Shown here one piece after another: positions 9,828 to 19,380 of a DNA stretch of 64,000 nt. The position numbers were made by a program, and so were the translations under genes. The notes under the pieces were generated by a model that saw only the letters and a program-made list of their open reading frames with translations, had not been told where the DNA came from and searched no databases. The stretch spans positions 1,568,001-1,632,000 of the forward strand of contig CAXXMV010000006.1 of assembly GCA_963662285.2 (NCBI GenBank), read 5' to 3'. Source of the stretch: a bacterium. GTDB taxonomy: Bacteria > Hinthialibacterota > Hinthialibacteria > Hinthialibacterales > Hinthialibacteraceae. Positions within the stretch are counted from its first letter, which is position 1. Each line of letters begins with the position of its first letter.

Positions 9828-10951
9828 TATGCAATCGTCTCCAATTGCCGTTTTACTGCATCAAACACTCTCTCGCTGGAAAGCAGTTTCATGCAATGAG
9901 GATCTTTATCGCAGCGCGTCAAATAACACCCTAAGCAATCGATCTCACCTTGAAGGATAACTCCATGATCATAAAGTTCCAGTTCAGGAGCTGAAGTTGG
10001 TCCAACCAGGCATACAACTCTTTTCTCTAAACCAAGCGCTGCATGCAAGGCGAAAGTGTCGCCTGTAACCAATATGTCGCATAAATTCAGGATAGAGATG
10101 AATTCCATAACTGATGGGCGCAACTGAGCGTCGATATATGGAACGGTCATTACCGCCATGACTTCCTGGGCGCGGTCGTAATCCGCTGGACCATAAAGAA
10201 TCAAAGGACGGGCGTTAAGTTGTTCATTGATCAGTTCCCCCAGGCGGACGAATCCTTCAACCGTCCATTTTTTATGTTGCCAACGGTCGCCGGCGCCGAC
10301 GTTGAATCCTATTATGGGGCCTTGAGCGTATAGATCATGTTGGTCGGCGAAAGAATCCGCTATATCCTTCAGTTCCGGCAGAAGAGGAACAACAATGGGA
10401 TGTTTCTTTTTCGGCGCCCCGATCAGTCGTTGCATATGGATTTGATAGGTTTCGCGGTTGGCTTTTTTTTTGTCATCCCAATAGCTCATATCAAGCCAAT
10501 CATTGCCGGAGTCGTCGAAAGCGAATACTGCGCCATCCGGTTTGCGTCCGAAGCCTTTTCGTTCTTGCGCATTGATGCGCATGGCCAATGAACCGGCTTC
10601 CGCCGCCATATCAAAATTGATGGATACGTTAAACGATTCGCTATCCAGGATGGCGAGCGTCTCTTCGGTGAATGGCAAGGGGCGATCTATCAGATGGTTA
10701 TGGCGCACCAGAGCAAAGCTTTTTTGACCGCATATCCATGTAATATGTGATTGGGGGTACATTTCCTTAATCGAGTGCAATAACGCAGTAGTGCGCATTA
10801 CATCTCCTGCGGCGCCAAGTTTAATGATTAAAATGCGTTTTTTGATAGGATCATAATATCCACAATCCTGGCATATAACGCCCATATCCTTATGTGGTTG
10901 ACAGGGGCGGTCACCGCGATAATATCGGCAATTGGTATGAACCGTTCTCAG
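9827..10951 (-). CDS. Glycosyltransferase family 9 (heptosyltransferase-like) with N-terminal 4-Cys extension; probable CTG start at 10951 (ORF track starts at 10885)
   Basis: IIKLGAAGDV, KKW and TGDTFALHAA GT9 motifs; frame open for 22 further codons upstream of ATG 10885. Confidence 0.85.
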   Translation of the reverse strand: MRTVHTNCRYYRGDRPCQPHKDMGVICQDCGYYDPIKKRILIIKLGAAGDVMRTTALLHSIKEMYPQSHITWICGQKSFALVRHNHLIDRPLPFTEETLAILDSESFNVSINFDMAAEAGSLAMRINAQERKGFGRKPDGAVFAFDDSGNDWLDMSYWDDKKKANRETYQIHMQRLIGAPKKKHPIVVPLLPELKDIADSFADQHDLYAQGPIIGFNVGAGDRWQHKKWTVEGFVRLGELINEQLNARPLILYGPADYDRAQEVMAVMTVPYIDAQLRPSVMEFISILNLCDILVTGDTFALHAALGLEKRVVCLVGPTSAPELELYDHGVILQGEIDCLGCYLTRCDKDPHCMKLLSSERVFDAVKRQLETIA

Positions 10952-11910
10952 CGTCTTGCACCCCCGGATTTTTCATTCAGATAATTCTTGGCTTGTTCTT
11001 GAAATGGTCCTGATTTCTTGTTACGCGCCAGTGTTTTAAGAATATTTTCGCCTTCTGCTTTTCTACCGCTTTCATATAACGCCATTCCCATTAAATACTG
11101 AGCCTGCGGAACCGCTTCGTTGTCAGGATTCTTGGCGATGAAGCGCTGCATGGTTTCAATGCATTTTTCATATTGGCTGTCGTAGAAACTAACCGAGCCT
11201 TGATAGAAAATCATGTTGGTATAAGAGGATTTTACATTATCGAGAAACGTCGCATCCAGCTTTTTATTTTGCATCAAGCGGTAGAACTGCTCTTCCGCCA
11301 GGTCGAATTGCGCCCGGTCTCTGAGTCCCTGGGCGTACATCAGGATCATTTTGGGGTTGGAATCATCTTTTTTGATTTGCTGTTCTACCAAAGTGAATTC
11401 TTCTACTTTTGCAATAACCTGTTTCATCTTTTGGGCGATATTCGAACGTTTAAGAGTTGGATCATTTTTAAGAGTTTGATTTCTGATCGAACTGGATGCG
11501 TATTCTTTTTTTAACGGATTGTATGCCACCGGATTTAGAGAAGTTTTCTTCTCGATGCGCATAGTATATATCTCGCGCCCCTGTGGATCAAAGAATAAAA
11601 TAGTGGGAAATGATGTTACTCTATATTTCTCAATTAATTCGCTTTTGCTCTCGGCGGAAACTTTAACAGCGATAAAGTCCGACTCATATTTCCGGACAAT
11701 CGGACTATCCCAGATCAAAAAATCTTCACGTTTTTTAGCTGGATTTTGGTAATAATAGGAGTGGAAGCAGAAAGCTAATACTGGTTTTCCTTCTTCTTTG
11801 GCTTGTTCTAAAGCTTTATCCAGGTCGCTTTGCCAGGTGAAGGCGGAAGCGGTTAGTGATGTTAAGCATAAAGATAATAATAACAAAGACAAATGTCGTA
11901 ATATGACCAT
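10948..11910 (-). CDS. Secreted thioredoxin-fold (no CxxC) plus TPR protein
   Basis: Signal peptide; WQSDLDKALEQAKEEGKPVL and YRVTSFPTILFFDPQG thioredoxin-like segments; C-terminal TPR (NPDNEAVPQAQY). Confidence 0.8.
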   Translation of the reverse strand: MVILRHLSLLLLSLCLTSLTASAFTWQSDLDKALEQAKEEGKPVLAFCFHSYYYQNPAKKREDFLIWDSPIVRKYESDFIAVKVSAESKSELIEKYRVTSFPTILFFDPQGREIYTMRIEKKTSLNPVAYNPLKKEYASSSIRNQTLKNDPTLKRSNIAQKMKQVIAKVEEFTLVEQQIKKDDSNPKMILMYAQGLRDRAQFDLAEEQFYRLMQNKKLDATFLDNVKSSYTNMIFYQGSVSFYDSQYEKCIETMQRFIAKNPDNEAVPQAQYLMGMALYESGRKAEGENILKTLARNKKSGPFQEQAKNYLNEKSGGARR

Positions 11911-12041
11911 TTAGTAATCTCCTTTTGATGATGCAGACAGCACGACGATAAAGTTCTATTTTGACGTGGTTCTTTACATAATAGTATATTAGAAAATATG
12001 GAGCGTCAGCAGGTCTCTACCTGAGGAGATATACAATGCGT

Positions 12042-14066
12042 TTAATATTCGTTTGATCCGATATGATCGAAATCGATCATCAGGAGAGTGACGTCGTCAT
12101 CCAGGGGTTCGATATCCAATGGGTGTTGTACGAATTCCTCCAGGTCATCCAGAATAGTTTCTAACAGATCATCAGCTGATATATCTCCATTGTTTTCCAT
12201 CATATCTATCAGGCGATTAATTCCATATGGTTTTTTTTCATCATTGAACGCTTCGATGATGCCATCGGTATACATCAACAAGCGGTCGCCCGGTTGGATG
12301 GAGGTGCTTACCTGGTCATATTCCGTATCGGGCAATATGCCCAATGGCAGACCGTGAGAGACTTCCAGTTCTTCCACTGGTTTACTTTTTTGCCGGGCTA
12401 ATAAGGGTGGTTGATGTCCCGCTGAAGCATATTCAAATTTGCTGGTCGCCAAATCTAGTTTTCCTAAAAACATAGTGACGAATTCACCGGAATGCAGTGT
12501 ATTCAAAAGTACATTATTGAGTTGAGTTAGAAGGTCTTTGGGAGATAAATTCTGCTCAATCAAGGTATGAGACATGGCGCGGGTGATGCCCATGATGAAG
12601 GCCGCCGGCGTACCATGTCCCGAAACATCAGCCATCAGTATATATAATTGGTTATGCTCCGGCGACAGGTAATCGTAATAATCTCCACCAGACCTACCAT
12701 TGGGGATGTAGACCGAGCGGATAGTAAGACCCTCTTTCTCGAAAGAACGGTTAGGCAGCAGGCGTTTTTGCAATGCGCCTACTACTTTTAACTCATCGTC
12801 AATACGGGCGTAGGCCCGTCCCAGTTCTTCTGAGATCATGCGCAGGCGGAAATTTTTCTCTTCCAGGTCCTGGGTTCTTTCATTAACTTTACTTTCGAGT
12901 TCTTTATTCCAATCTTCAATTTGACCGATGTAGTCTTGAATCTCCTCGTTGCGCCGTTTGATTGTGGAAGCCATGTTATGTATTTGTTTTCCCAGGGTTT
13001 CCAGTTCATCGCCGGTATGGATAGATGGTTTAATATCATAATCGCCTTTGGAAATGTGAGATACGATTTGAGCGAGAACAGCGACCGGCGCAGTTACATT
13101 ACGCGCCAGAATATAGCCGATCAGAAGAACGGCGAAGAAAATAAACAGGCTGATTTGAATTATGGAACTATTTAAGTCATCCAGCATCCTGAAAATGTCT
13201 TCTAGAGGACTGAGGATCACATAAAGGCCTCTTGATTCTGACTGGGTTGGTAAAGGCGCTGAATAAGCCAGATAACGTTCATTGAATAATCTGAATATTT
13301 CAGCCCGGTTCAGCATAGCGTTTCGTTTATCGACGGCAGTATCATACCATTCAGAGCTAAAATCTATGGATTGCTTCAAACCAAAAGTTGAGGTGACAAT
13401 TTTATCATCAAGTATGAAGCCGATATGAAAACTGCTTCCCCGGAGTAGATCTTTGGCGAGGGTTTGATCTACCGGAAATCCGACTGATACGCTTCCAAGT
13501 ATTTTATTGCCGCGTTGGGGGTTGATGATGGGCGCCGATGCTACGGCGAACAGGCTTTTGCCTTTTTCCGAAGAGACCACAATATATCCTATGTTATCGT
13601 GTCCCATAAGAACATTATTCATACGCTTCCATGAATCCAAGATACTCTGCAACTTCAAGGAATCCTGGATAAGGGAGGTTTTATCGCCATGTACCAAAGT
13701 GATGGAACCATCAATCACTCTGCCGGTGCTGTCTGTAATTACGGTTAATTCACGGTTTCCTGCTCCTGGAAGCCATTGCGCCAGATAGGGCTTCTCATTA
13801 GCGCCTTCCCCCATCTGCTCCAGCGCATTACGCAATGCGTCCTGGTCGGCCAATAATGAAGCTTCGTTTTCGATGGATTGTATACGGTAGTCCAGCAGGT
13901 TGTGAAATATTGATCTTAACTCTTCAAATTTCCTTGTGTTATACTGGATAATATTATTAGTTACTAGATTATTAACCTGATAAATTGTGAATTGCATTAA
14001 AAGGGCAAATAACAGGAATAACAATAAATAGATTTTTATCTGAAACGGCAGTTTGATTCGGATCAT
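12042..14066 (-). CDS. Membrane sensor PP2C/SpoIIE (RsbU-like) serine phosphatase with extracytoplasmic sensor and HAMP domain
   Basis: Two TM helices; HAMP (GDELETLG); GGDYYD, DVSGHG, AGH, YTDG, DDVT. Confidence 0.92.
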   Translation of the reverse strand: MIRIKLPFQIKIYLLLFLLFALLMQFTIYQVNNLVTNNIIQYNTRKFEELRSIFHNLLDYRIQSIENEASLLADQDALRNALEQMGEGANEKPYLAQWLPGAGNRELTVITDSTGRVIDGSITLVHGDKTSLIQDSLKLQSILDSWKRMNNVLMGHDNIGYIVVSSEKGKSLFAVASAPIINPQRGNKILGSVSVGFPVDQTLAKDLLRGSSFHIGFILDDKIVTSTFGLKQSIDFSSEWYDTAVDKRNAMLNRAEIFRLFNERYLAYSAPLPTQSESRGLYVILSPLEDIFRMLDDLNSSIIQISLFIFFAVLLIGYILARNVTAPVAVLAQIVSHISKGDYDIKPSIHTGDELETLGKQIHNMASTIKRRNEEIQDYIGQIEDWNKELESKVNERTQDLEEKNFRLRMISEELGRAYARIDDELKVVGALQKRLLPNRSFEKEGLTIRSVYIPNGRSGGDYYDYLSPEHNQLYILMADVSGHGTPAAFIMGITRAMSHTLIEQNLSPKDLLTQLNNVLLNTLHSGEFVTMFLGKLDLATSKFEYASAGHQPPLLARQKSKPVEELEVSHGLPLGILPDTEYDQVSTSIQPGDRLLMYTDGIIEAFNDEKKPYGINRLIDMMENNGDISADDLLETILDDLEEFVQHPLDIEPLDDDVTLLMIDFDHIGSNEY

Positions 14067-14302
14067 TAGTTTATCGTTCTATCCTGTTGTTTTTTTCTAA
14101 TATAATATCTGGAACCGGATGTCATTAATTGTATAAATGCTTTACTAAAAGGTTCAGGTCTCTTTAGGTATAGTAAAATGGCATACAATTCACTAATCGC
14201 ATAGAGCAAGTCTTTTTTTAAGAAAAAAATTATTGAAACCTTACGCAATTCTAATATTTTGAGTCTTTTTAAGAGCTCTTTATTTGAAAGAGGTTAAAGA
14301 CA

Positions 14303-16573
14303 TTGAGCGTCATAAATAAAAAAATCGGTCAATCAAGTAATAAACATATACTTTTTCTAATATTCACAATATCCATTGTTATTCTCTATATCTATCACAA
14401 CTCTGCGCCATTATTGGCGTTATGGGTTAATGGTTATGCCTTTTTTCTAGTATTTAAACCTTATACCTGGTATTCGCATTTACCTGAATTTATTAGTATT
14501 ACGTTCTTGTGGCTGTTAGGCTACGCTCTGGGCGCCATGCTGTTAAGAATATTGAATCAAAAAGTACGCCAATCTTTTGAATTATGTATTCCCCTTGGTT
14601 GGGGAGTGTTATCATTAATCATTTTCGCACTTGCCTTATTGCAATTACTCAATAGCGCCGCCATTGCAATATGTCTGGTTGTTCTGGCGTTGCTTGCAAT
14701 TTCATGGATGATTATATCAAAAGATTTATCTTTAACAAAACCAATAGAGTATAAAAAACGTTTTTTTTCTCTCCAGTGGGATGCCCGTGTTGCCGCGATA
14801 TTGATTCTTATACCTTTGAGTTTCGCCTTTTTTTGTTCACTTATGCCGCCTACCCAATCGGATGGATTGAGGTATCACTTAAGCGTACCCAAACTATATC
14901 TTGATCATGGTGGATTTTATCTGATTCCGGATATCGCTTTTTCCAATTTCCCATTTTTAATAGAATATTTATTCGCAATTCCTTTGGCTTTTGGATTAAA
15001 TTCCGTCCCCAAAATGATTCATGCGTCTTTCTATATATTTATAATTAAGTTGATCTATAACCTGGGTAAAAAAACGGGCGGCGAACGGGTAGGAATCTTC
15101 GGCGCTTTATTGTTTGCCAGCGTTCCTTTTACTTCCATCTTCGCTTCCTGGTCGTTTATTGAGATGGGGCTTACATTTTACACCCTGTTAGCCTGCGCCT
15201 TGTGCTTTGATATAGTAGAAAGCATTCGTTTAGAAGAGAAGCGATTTTATTTTAACTCAATTCTTCTAATGGGAATAACCGGAGGTTTTCTGATTGGTTG
15301 TAAGTATACTGCTTTAACTACGGTTTTTCTCATTTTCATGATTCTATTATGCTCCACCAAGTCCAAGTCATTCAAAGAAATGAGAACAAACCTGCTGCGG
15401 GCGGTTCTTTTTGGTGGAGTTACGGCGCTGGTCGCCTCTCCCTGGCTAATCAAGAACGCAATTTTATTGGGCAACCCGGTCTATCCATTTGCCGGAGGAC
15501 TATTCGCCCATCCTTATTGGTCTGATTTCAACAACCTTTTTTTCCATTTTCATGCAGGAGGGAAGGGAAGTTTCAATGAACTATTAGAAGCGCCGTGGTG
15601 GGAATGGATCACAGACGCAGTGACGCTGCCCTTTCGCGTTACCTTTTTCCCCGGTGATAAAGAATGGCATACTGAAAGATTCGGTTCATGGCAGCTTGGA
15701 CCCATGTGGTTGATATTGGCGCCATTTATACCACTACATAGAAACTGGACGGTACGCAAGTCGCTTCATTTAATTACCGGTTTATTTTTATATTTCATCT
15801 GGGCCTATACCTATCGTGATTCGCGTTTTCTATTACCTGCTATGGCCATTACTGCGCCCTTATTTGCTGTGCTGGTCGAAGAGTTAATTTCATTGCGTTC
15901 ATGGTGCAAATGGTGTTTCTTCTCAGGTATATCATACTGCCTGCTGTTTACTTCAACTGTAATTCTGCTGCCAGAGGTAAATGCTCCCTGGTGGGTAATC
16001 AGCGGCGCCATATCAGAAGAGCAGTATCTGGAAAAATATTGTATATATACACGTCTTCCCAATCAGGCGTTTCGCTGGCTGAGAGAGAACACTGATCCTA
16101 GTGAAAAAGTTCTTTTACATGGCATCGAACATCCATTTTATTGTCCCAATGAGTTCGTCGGGGCTGATTGGTTCAATACTGATCCTCTTATAAGGTGGTC
16201 ATGGGAGACGCCTGACGCAAAAGGGCTTATAGAACGATTGCGTCAGGAAAATATCAAATATCTGGTTTATTATTATGGTAAAATAAAAAATCCCGAACAT
16301 TTTCCGTTGTATTGCTTCTTCCGGTTGCCCCAAGAGAAAGGAATTAAACTTTTATCGGAATATAAAAAACGTCAATATTCAAAAGAGCGCTATCCTTATG
16401 CTTATAAAGCATGGGCGACTCAGTTTGAAAGAGATTTTGCCGAAGCGGAAAGATCATCACCCAATGTAAAAGCACTGGAAACTCTGTTAGATGGGGGATT
16501 ATTGGCAGAAGTATTTAAATACCAGGATCCTAAAAACCAATATAACGGAATATCGATTTTAAAGATACAATGA
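14303..16573 (+). CDS. Polytopic membrane GT-C-type glycosyltransferase (ArnT/GT39-like)
   Basis: Many TM helices; DGLRYHL, KYTA, PW..KN...GNPVYP, RFLLP; C-terminal soluble domain. Confidence 0.72.
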   Translation: MSVINKKIGQSSNKHILFLIFTISIVILYIYHNSAPLLALWVNGYAFFLVFKPYTWYSHLPEFISITFLWLLGYALGAMLLRILNQKVRQSFELCIPLGWGVLSLIIFALALLQLLNSAAIAICLVVLALLAISWMIISKDLSLTKPIEYKKRFFSLQWDARVAAILILIPLSFAFFCSLMPPTQSDGLRYHLSVPKLYLDHGGFYLIPDIAFSNFPFLIEYLFAIPLAFGLNSVPKMIHASFYIFIIKLIYNLGKKTGGERVGIFGALLFASVPFTSIFASWSFIEMGLTFYTLLACALCFDIVESIRLEEKRFYFNSILLMGITGGFLIGCKYTALTTVFLIFMILLCSTKSKSFKEMRTNLLRAVLFGGVTALVASPWLIKNAILLGNPVYPFAGGLFAHPYWSDFNNLFFHFHAGGKGSFNELLEAPWWEWITDAVTLPFRVTFFPGDKEWHTERFGSWQLGPMWLILAPFIPLHRNWTVRKSLHLITGLFLYFIWAYTYRDSRFLLPAMAITAPLFAVLVEELISLRSWCKWCFFSGISYCLLFTSTVILLPEVNAPWWVISGAISEEQYLEKYCIYTRLPNQAFRWLRENTDPSEKVLLHGIEHPFYCPNEFVGADWFNTDPLIRWSWETPDAKGLIERLRQENIKYLVYYYGKIKNPEHFPLYCFFRLPQEKGIKLLSEYKKRQYSKERYPYAYKAWATQFERDFAEAERSSPNVKALETLLDGGLLAEVFKYQDPKNQYNGISILKIQ

Positions 16574-16632
16574 TAAACTTAATTGACGTTACATTTTCTT
16601 AGGGTTATCTTCAGTTATAAAAGTAATGGAGA

Positions 16633-19257
16633 TTGTTTCTGATGAAAAAGAAAATTATTTTCGGAAGCGTTATTGGCGCCATAGTTCTGACCGGCTTCTT
16701 GGTGGGATATATTTTTCATATTATCCAACGTAATGGGATGATTTCAGAAGCCCAATCGCTGTTTAATAAAGGTCAGTATCTTGCCGTAATCGACCATTTG
16801 AATCCTGGAATCGAAGAAGGAAGCCGGTCGGCGGAAGAACGCATATTGATCGGAAAATCATTCTATCGCCTGCGACAATACGATGAAGCATTGAAAGCGC
16901 TTGATCCTCTTTTGCGCACTGGACGCGAAGATGCTAAGGCGTTAGCCCTATCCGGCTGGATCTGGATAAAAAAGAACTCTCCATTACAGGCTCAAACCAA
17001 GTTTGATAAAGCGGCTGCTCTCGGCGAAGAAGCTGAAGCCGAGGGGGGATTAGGCGCTTTGGCTTTGGTTCGCAGCGAGAATTATAGAAGCGAATTTCTC
17101 AATGAAGCCTTATTCCATCTAAAAAAATCTATTGCCTTGGATCCGGGTAACGCCAAAGTTTATCTGGTTATGGCGGAGTTGAGCCGACTGCAACATAAGT
17201 ACAGTGAATCCATCGAATGGTCGAAAAAAGCGGTTGAACTGGCGCCTTATTGGTCTGAACCATACAGAATGCTGGGCAGCGTTTATCTTTTAGACGGTAA
17301 ATACTCTGATGCAGAGAATACTTTTCTGGAAGGACAAAAGCATGGCGGATCAAAAGAAGAGACGCAATATTACCTGGCCCATTCGGTTTATTATCAAGGG
17401 CGATTGAATGAATCATTAGCTCTTTTTGAAGAGTTGATTAACCATGGCAAAGAGAAAGTCCGTGATGCATTGATTGACGCCGCCAAGGTGGCCTTAGTAG
17501 TGGATGAGAAAAAGGCTATCGATTATCTAAAACGCGCGTGGTCGATGAAATCTGATCCCATCACGGGAATGCAATTGTATGAAGCGCTTTCCAGAGAAAA
17601 TCGAACAAGTGAAGCAGAAAAAATTTTGGAAAGCGTTCTCAGCGATTGGCCTTTCTTAGGTTTGGCGCATCTGGAGAGGGGACATACCGCACTACAAGAT
17701 AAAGATTTTAACCGGGCATATTTATCTTATCAAAGCGTCCTGGAAAATGATTCACGAAACTATCTTGCTAATAATAACTTAGGCTATCTGGCCCCTCTGC
17801 GCAGCAGTATGGATCAAGCGCCGGGCTATTTTGAATCCGTAGTACGCGATTATCAAGATTTTTTCCCGGCGCTGGTTAATCTTGTTCTGGGGCAATTATC
17901 GGCGGATCGTGGAATCGAAGCAGAAAAACAATTAACTGATTTGCTGCTTATCTATCCGGATAATGCTTATTTACTTTTAGCTAGTGCATTGGAACGTTTC
18001 GCTGCTGGAGATGCAGTTGCGTCACTGGAGTTGCTGGACCGCTCGCTTAGCGTAGGCAATAGTCAATCAGTTATTTTTGTGATTCGCGGCGAAATACAAT
18101 TAAGGCTCTTTCAGTTTGAAAAAGCCAAAAGCAGTTTTGAACAAGCTCTTTTGTCTGATCCCAAAAATCTTCGCGCCAAACTTGGCAAGGCGCATGCCCT
18201 GTACCGTTTGGGTGATTATGGGCCGGCTGAGATTACTTATCAGGAATTATTCAGTGAACTGTCGTCTCTTTCAGAAATTCAGCAGATAGAAGTTAGAAAT
18301 GGATTAGCCGTAACTTCTTTGGAAAAAGGCAATTATGAAAAAACAACTGAAATTCTGGAGACGTTAAAAAACTCATCAGGCGAACTGGGTCGTCAATTTT
18401 ACGCAATTAATGCCGGTTTGCTTGAAGAAAATCTTCCAACGGCTGATGTTTTGGAAAATTTAAAAGTCGCAGCTGTAAGCAACAATGCTTTACCGGAGGT
18501 TTTTTATAATCTGGCCGTATTCCTCAATACGCTGGATCAACCAGATAAATCCATAGAGTCTTATGAAATTCTTTATAAAAAATATCCCGGTTATCTTCCC
18601 GGTCTCTACAATTTAGCTAATTTGTATCGTTTTGAAGGTCGCAAAGGAGATTCGGTTCTGCTTTATGATCTGGCCCAAAAAGCTGCTCCTGATATGGTTG
18701 AGGTTTATAATAATCAAGCTGTGGTTTATCAGATGATGAATCAATTAGACCGGGCGAAAATGAATCTGGATGAAGCGGGCGCCATTGATCAGAATTACAG
18801 TGAAATTATTTATAATAAAATTTTATTGGCGCTTATTGAGCATAATCTTGCTGATGCGGAAAAGATGTTGTTGGAACTTAAATCATATAATCTGTCGTCT
18901 GTTGCTCAAATGGCGGATGGTCTGATTGAAGGTTCAAAGGGGAACTGGCAAAAAGCGGAGCCGATATTCGCTTCCGCCATTAATGATAATAGCGACGATG
19001 CATATTCCTGTTTAAATCATGGAGTTGCGTTGGTTAAGTTAAAAGAATATTCAAAAGCAGAAGCAGCATTTCGTGAAGCAATTCGGCGTGATCCATCTTT
19101 ATCTTCAGCGCGTAAGGCGTTAGGATTGTTATATTGCGAATTAGGATTATTCAAGCATGCAGAAGAACAATTAAATGTGGCTCTTCGGCTTGATCCCTTG
19201 CAAACAGATATTAAATTAGTAATAGATAGGATACAGGGATGGATGAAGGATATATAG
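16633..19257 (+). CDS. Membrane-anchored long TPR-repeat protein
   Basis: N-terminal TM segment followed by many TPR-like repeats (e.g. AIRRDPS..ARKALG). Confidence 0.88.
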   Translation: MFLMKKKIIFGSVIGAIVLTGFLVGYIFHIIQRNGMISEAQSLFNKGQYLAVIDHLNPGIEEGSRSAEERILIGKSFYRLRQYDEALKALDPLLRTGREDAKALALSGWIWIKKNSPLQAQTKFDKAAALGEEAEAEGGLGALALVRSENYRSEFLNEALFHLKKSIALDPGNAKVYLVMAELSRLQHKYSESIEWSKKAVELAPYWSEPYRMLGSVYLLDGKYSDAENTFLEGQKHGGSKEETQYYLAHSVYYQGRLNESLALFEELINHGKEKVRDALIDAAKVALVVDEKKAIDYLKRAWSMKSDPITGMQLYEALSRENRTSEAEKILESVLSDWPFLGLAHLERGHTALQDKDFNRAYLSYQSVLENDSRNYLANNNLGYLAPLRSSMDQAPGYFESVVRDYQDFFPALVNLVLGQLSADRGIEAEKQLTDLLLIYPDNAYLLLASALERFAAGDAVASLELLDRSLSVGNSQSVIFVIRGEIQLRLFQFEKAKSSFEQALLSDPKNLRAKLGKAHALYRLGDYGPAEITYQELFSELSSLSEIQQIEVRNGLAVTSLEKGNYEKTTEILETLKNSSGELGRQFYAINAGLLEENLPTADVLENLKVAAVSNNALPEVFYNLAVFLNTLDQPDKSIESYEILYKKYPGYLPGLYNLANLYRFEGRKGDSVLLYDLAQKAAPDMVEVYNNQAVVYQMMNQLDRAKMNLDEAGAIDQNYSEIIYNKILLALIEHNLADAEKMLLELKSYNLSSVAQMADGLIEGSKGNWQKAEPIFASAINDNSDDAYSCLNHGVALVKLKEYSKAEAAFREAIRRDPSLSSARKALGLLYCELGLFKHAEEQLNVALRLDPLQTDIKLVIDRIQGWMKDI

Positions 19258-19380
19258 ATATATGATTGCCAAATCCTTGACGTTCTTCACCTTCCGACGA
19301 TATACTACTTTATTGAAGGTTGATTAGCGTGACGAATAGTAGAGACATGCCTCCTATCTTCCTGATTATCATCCATTTAG

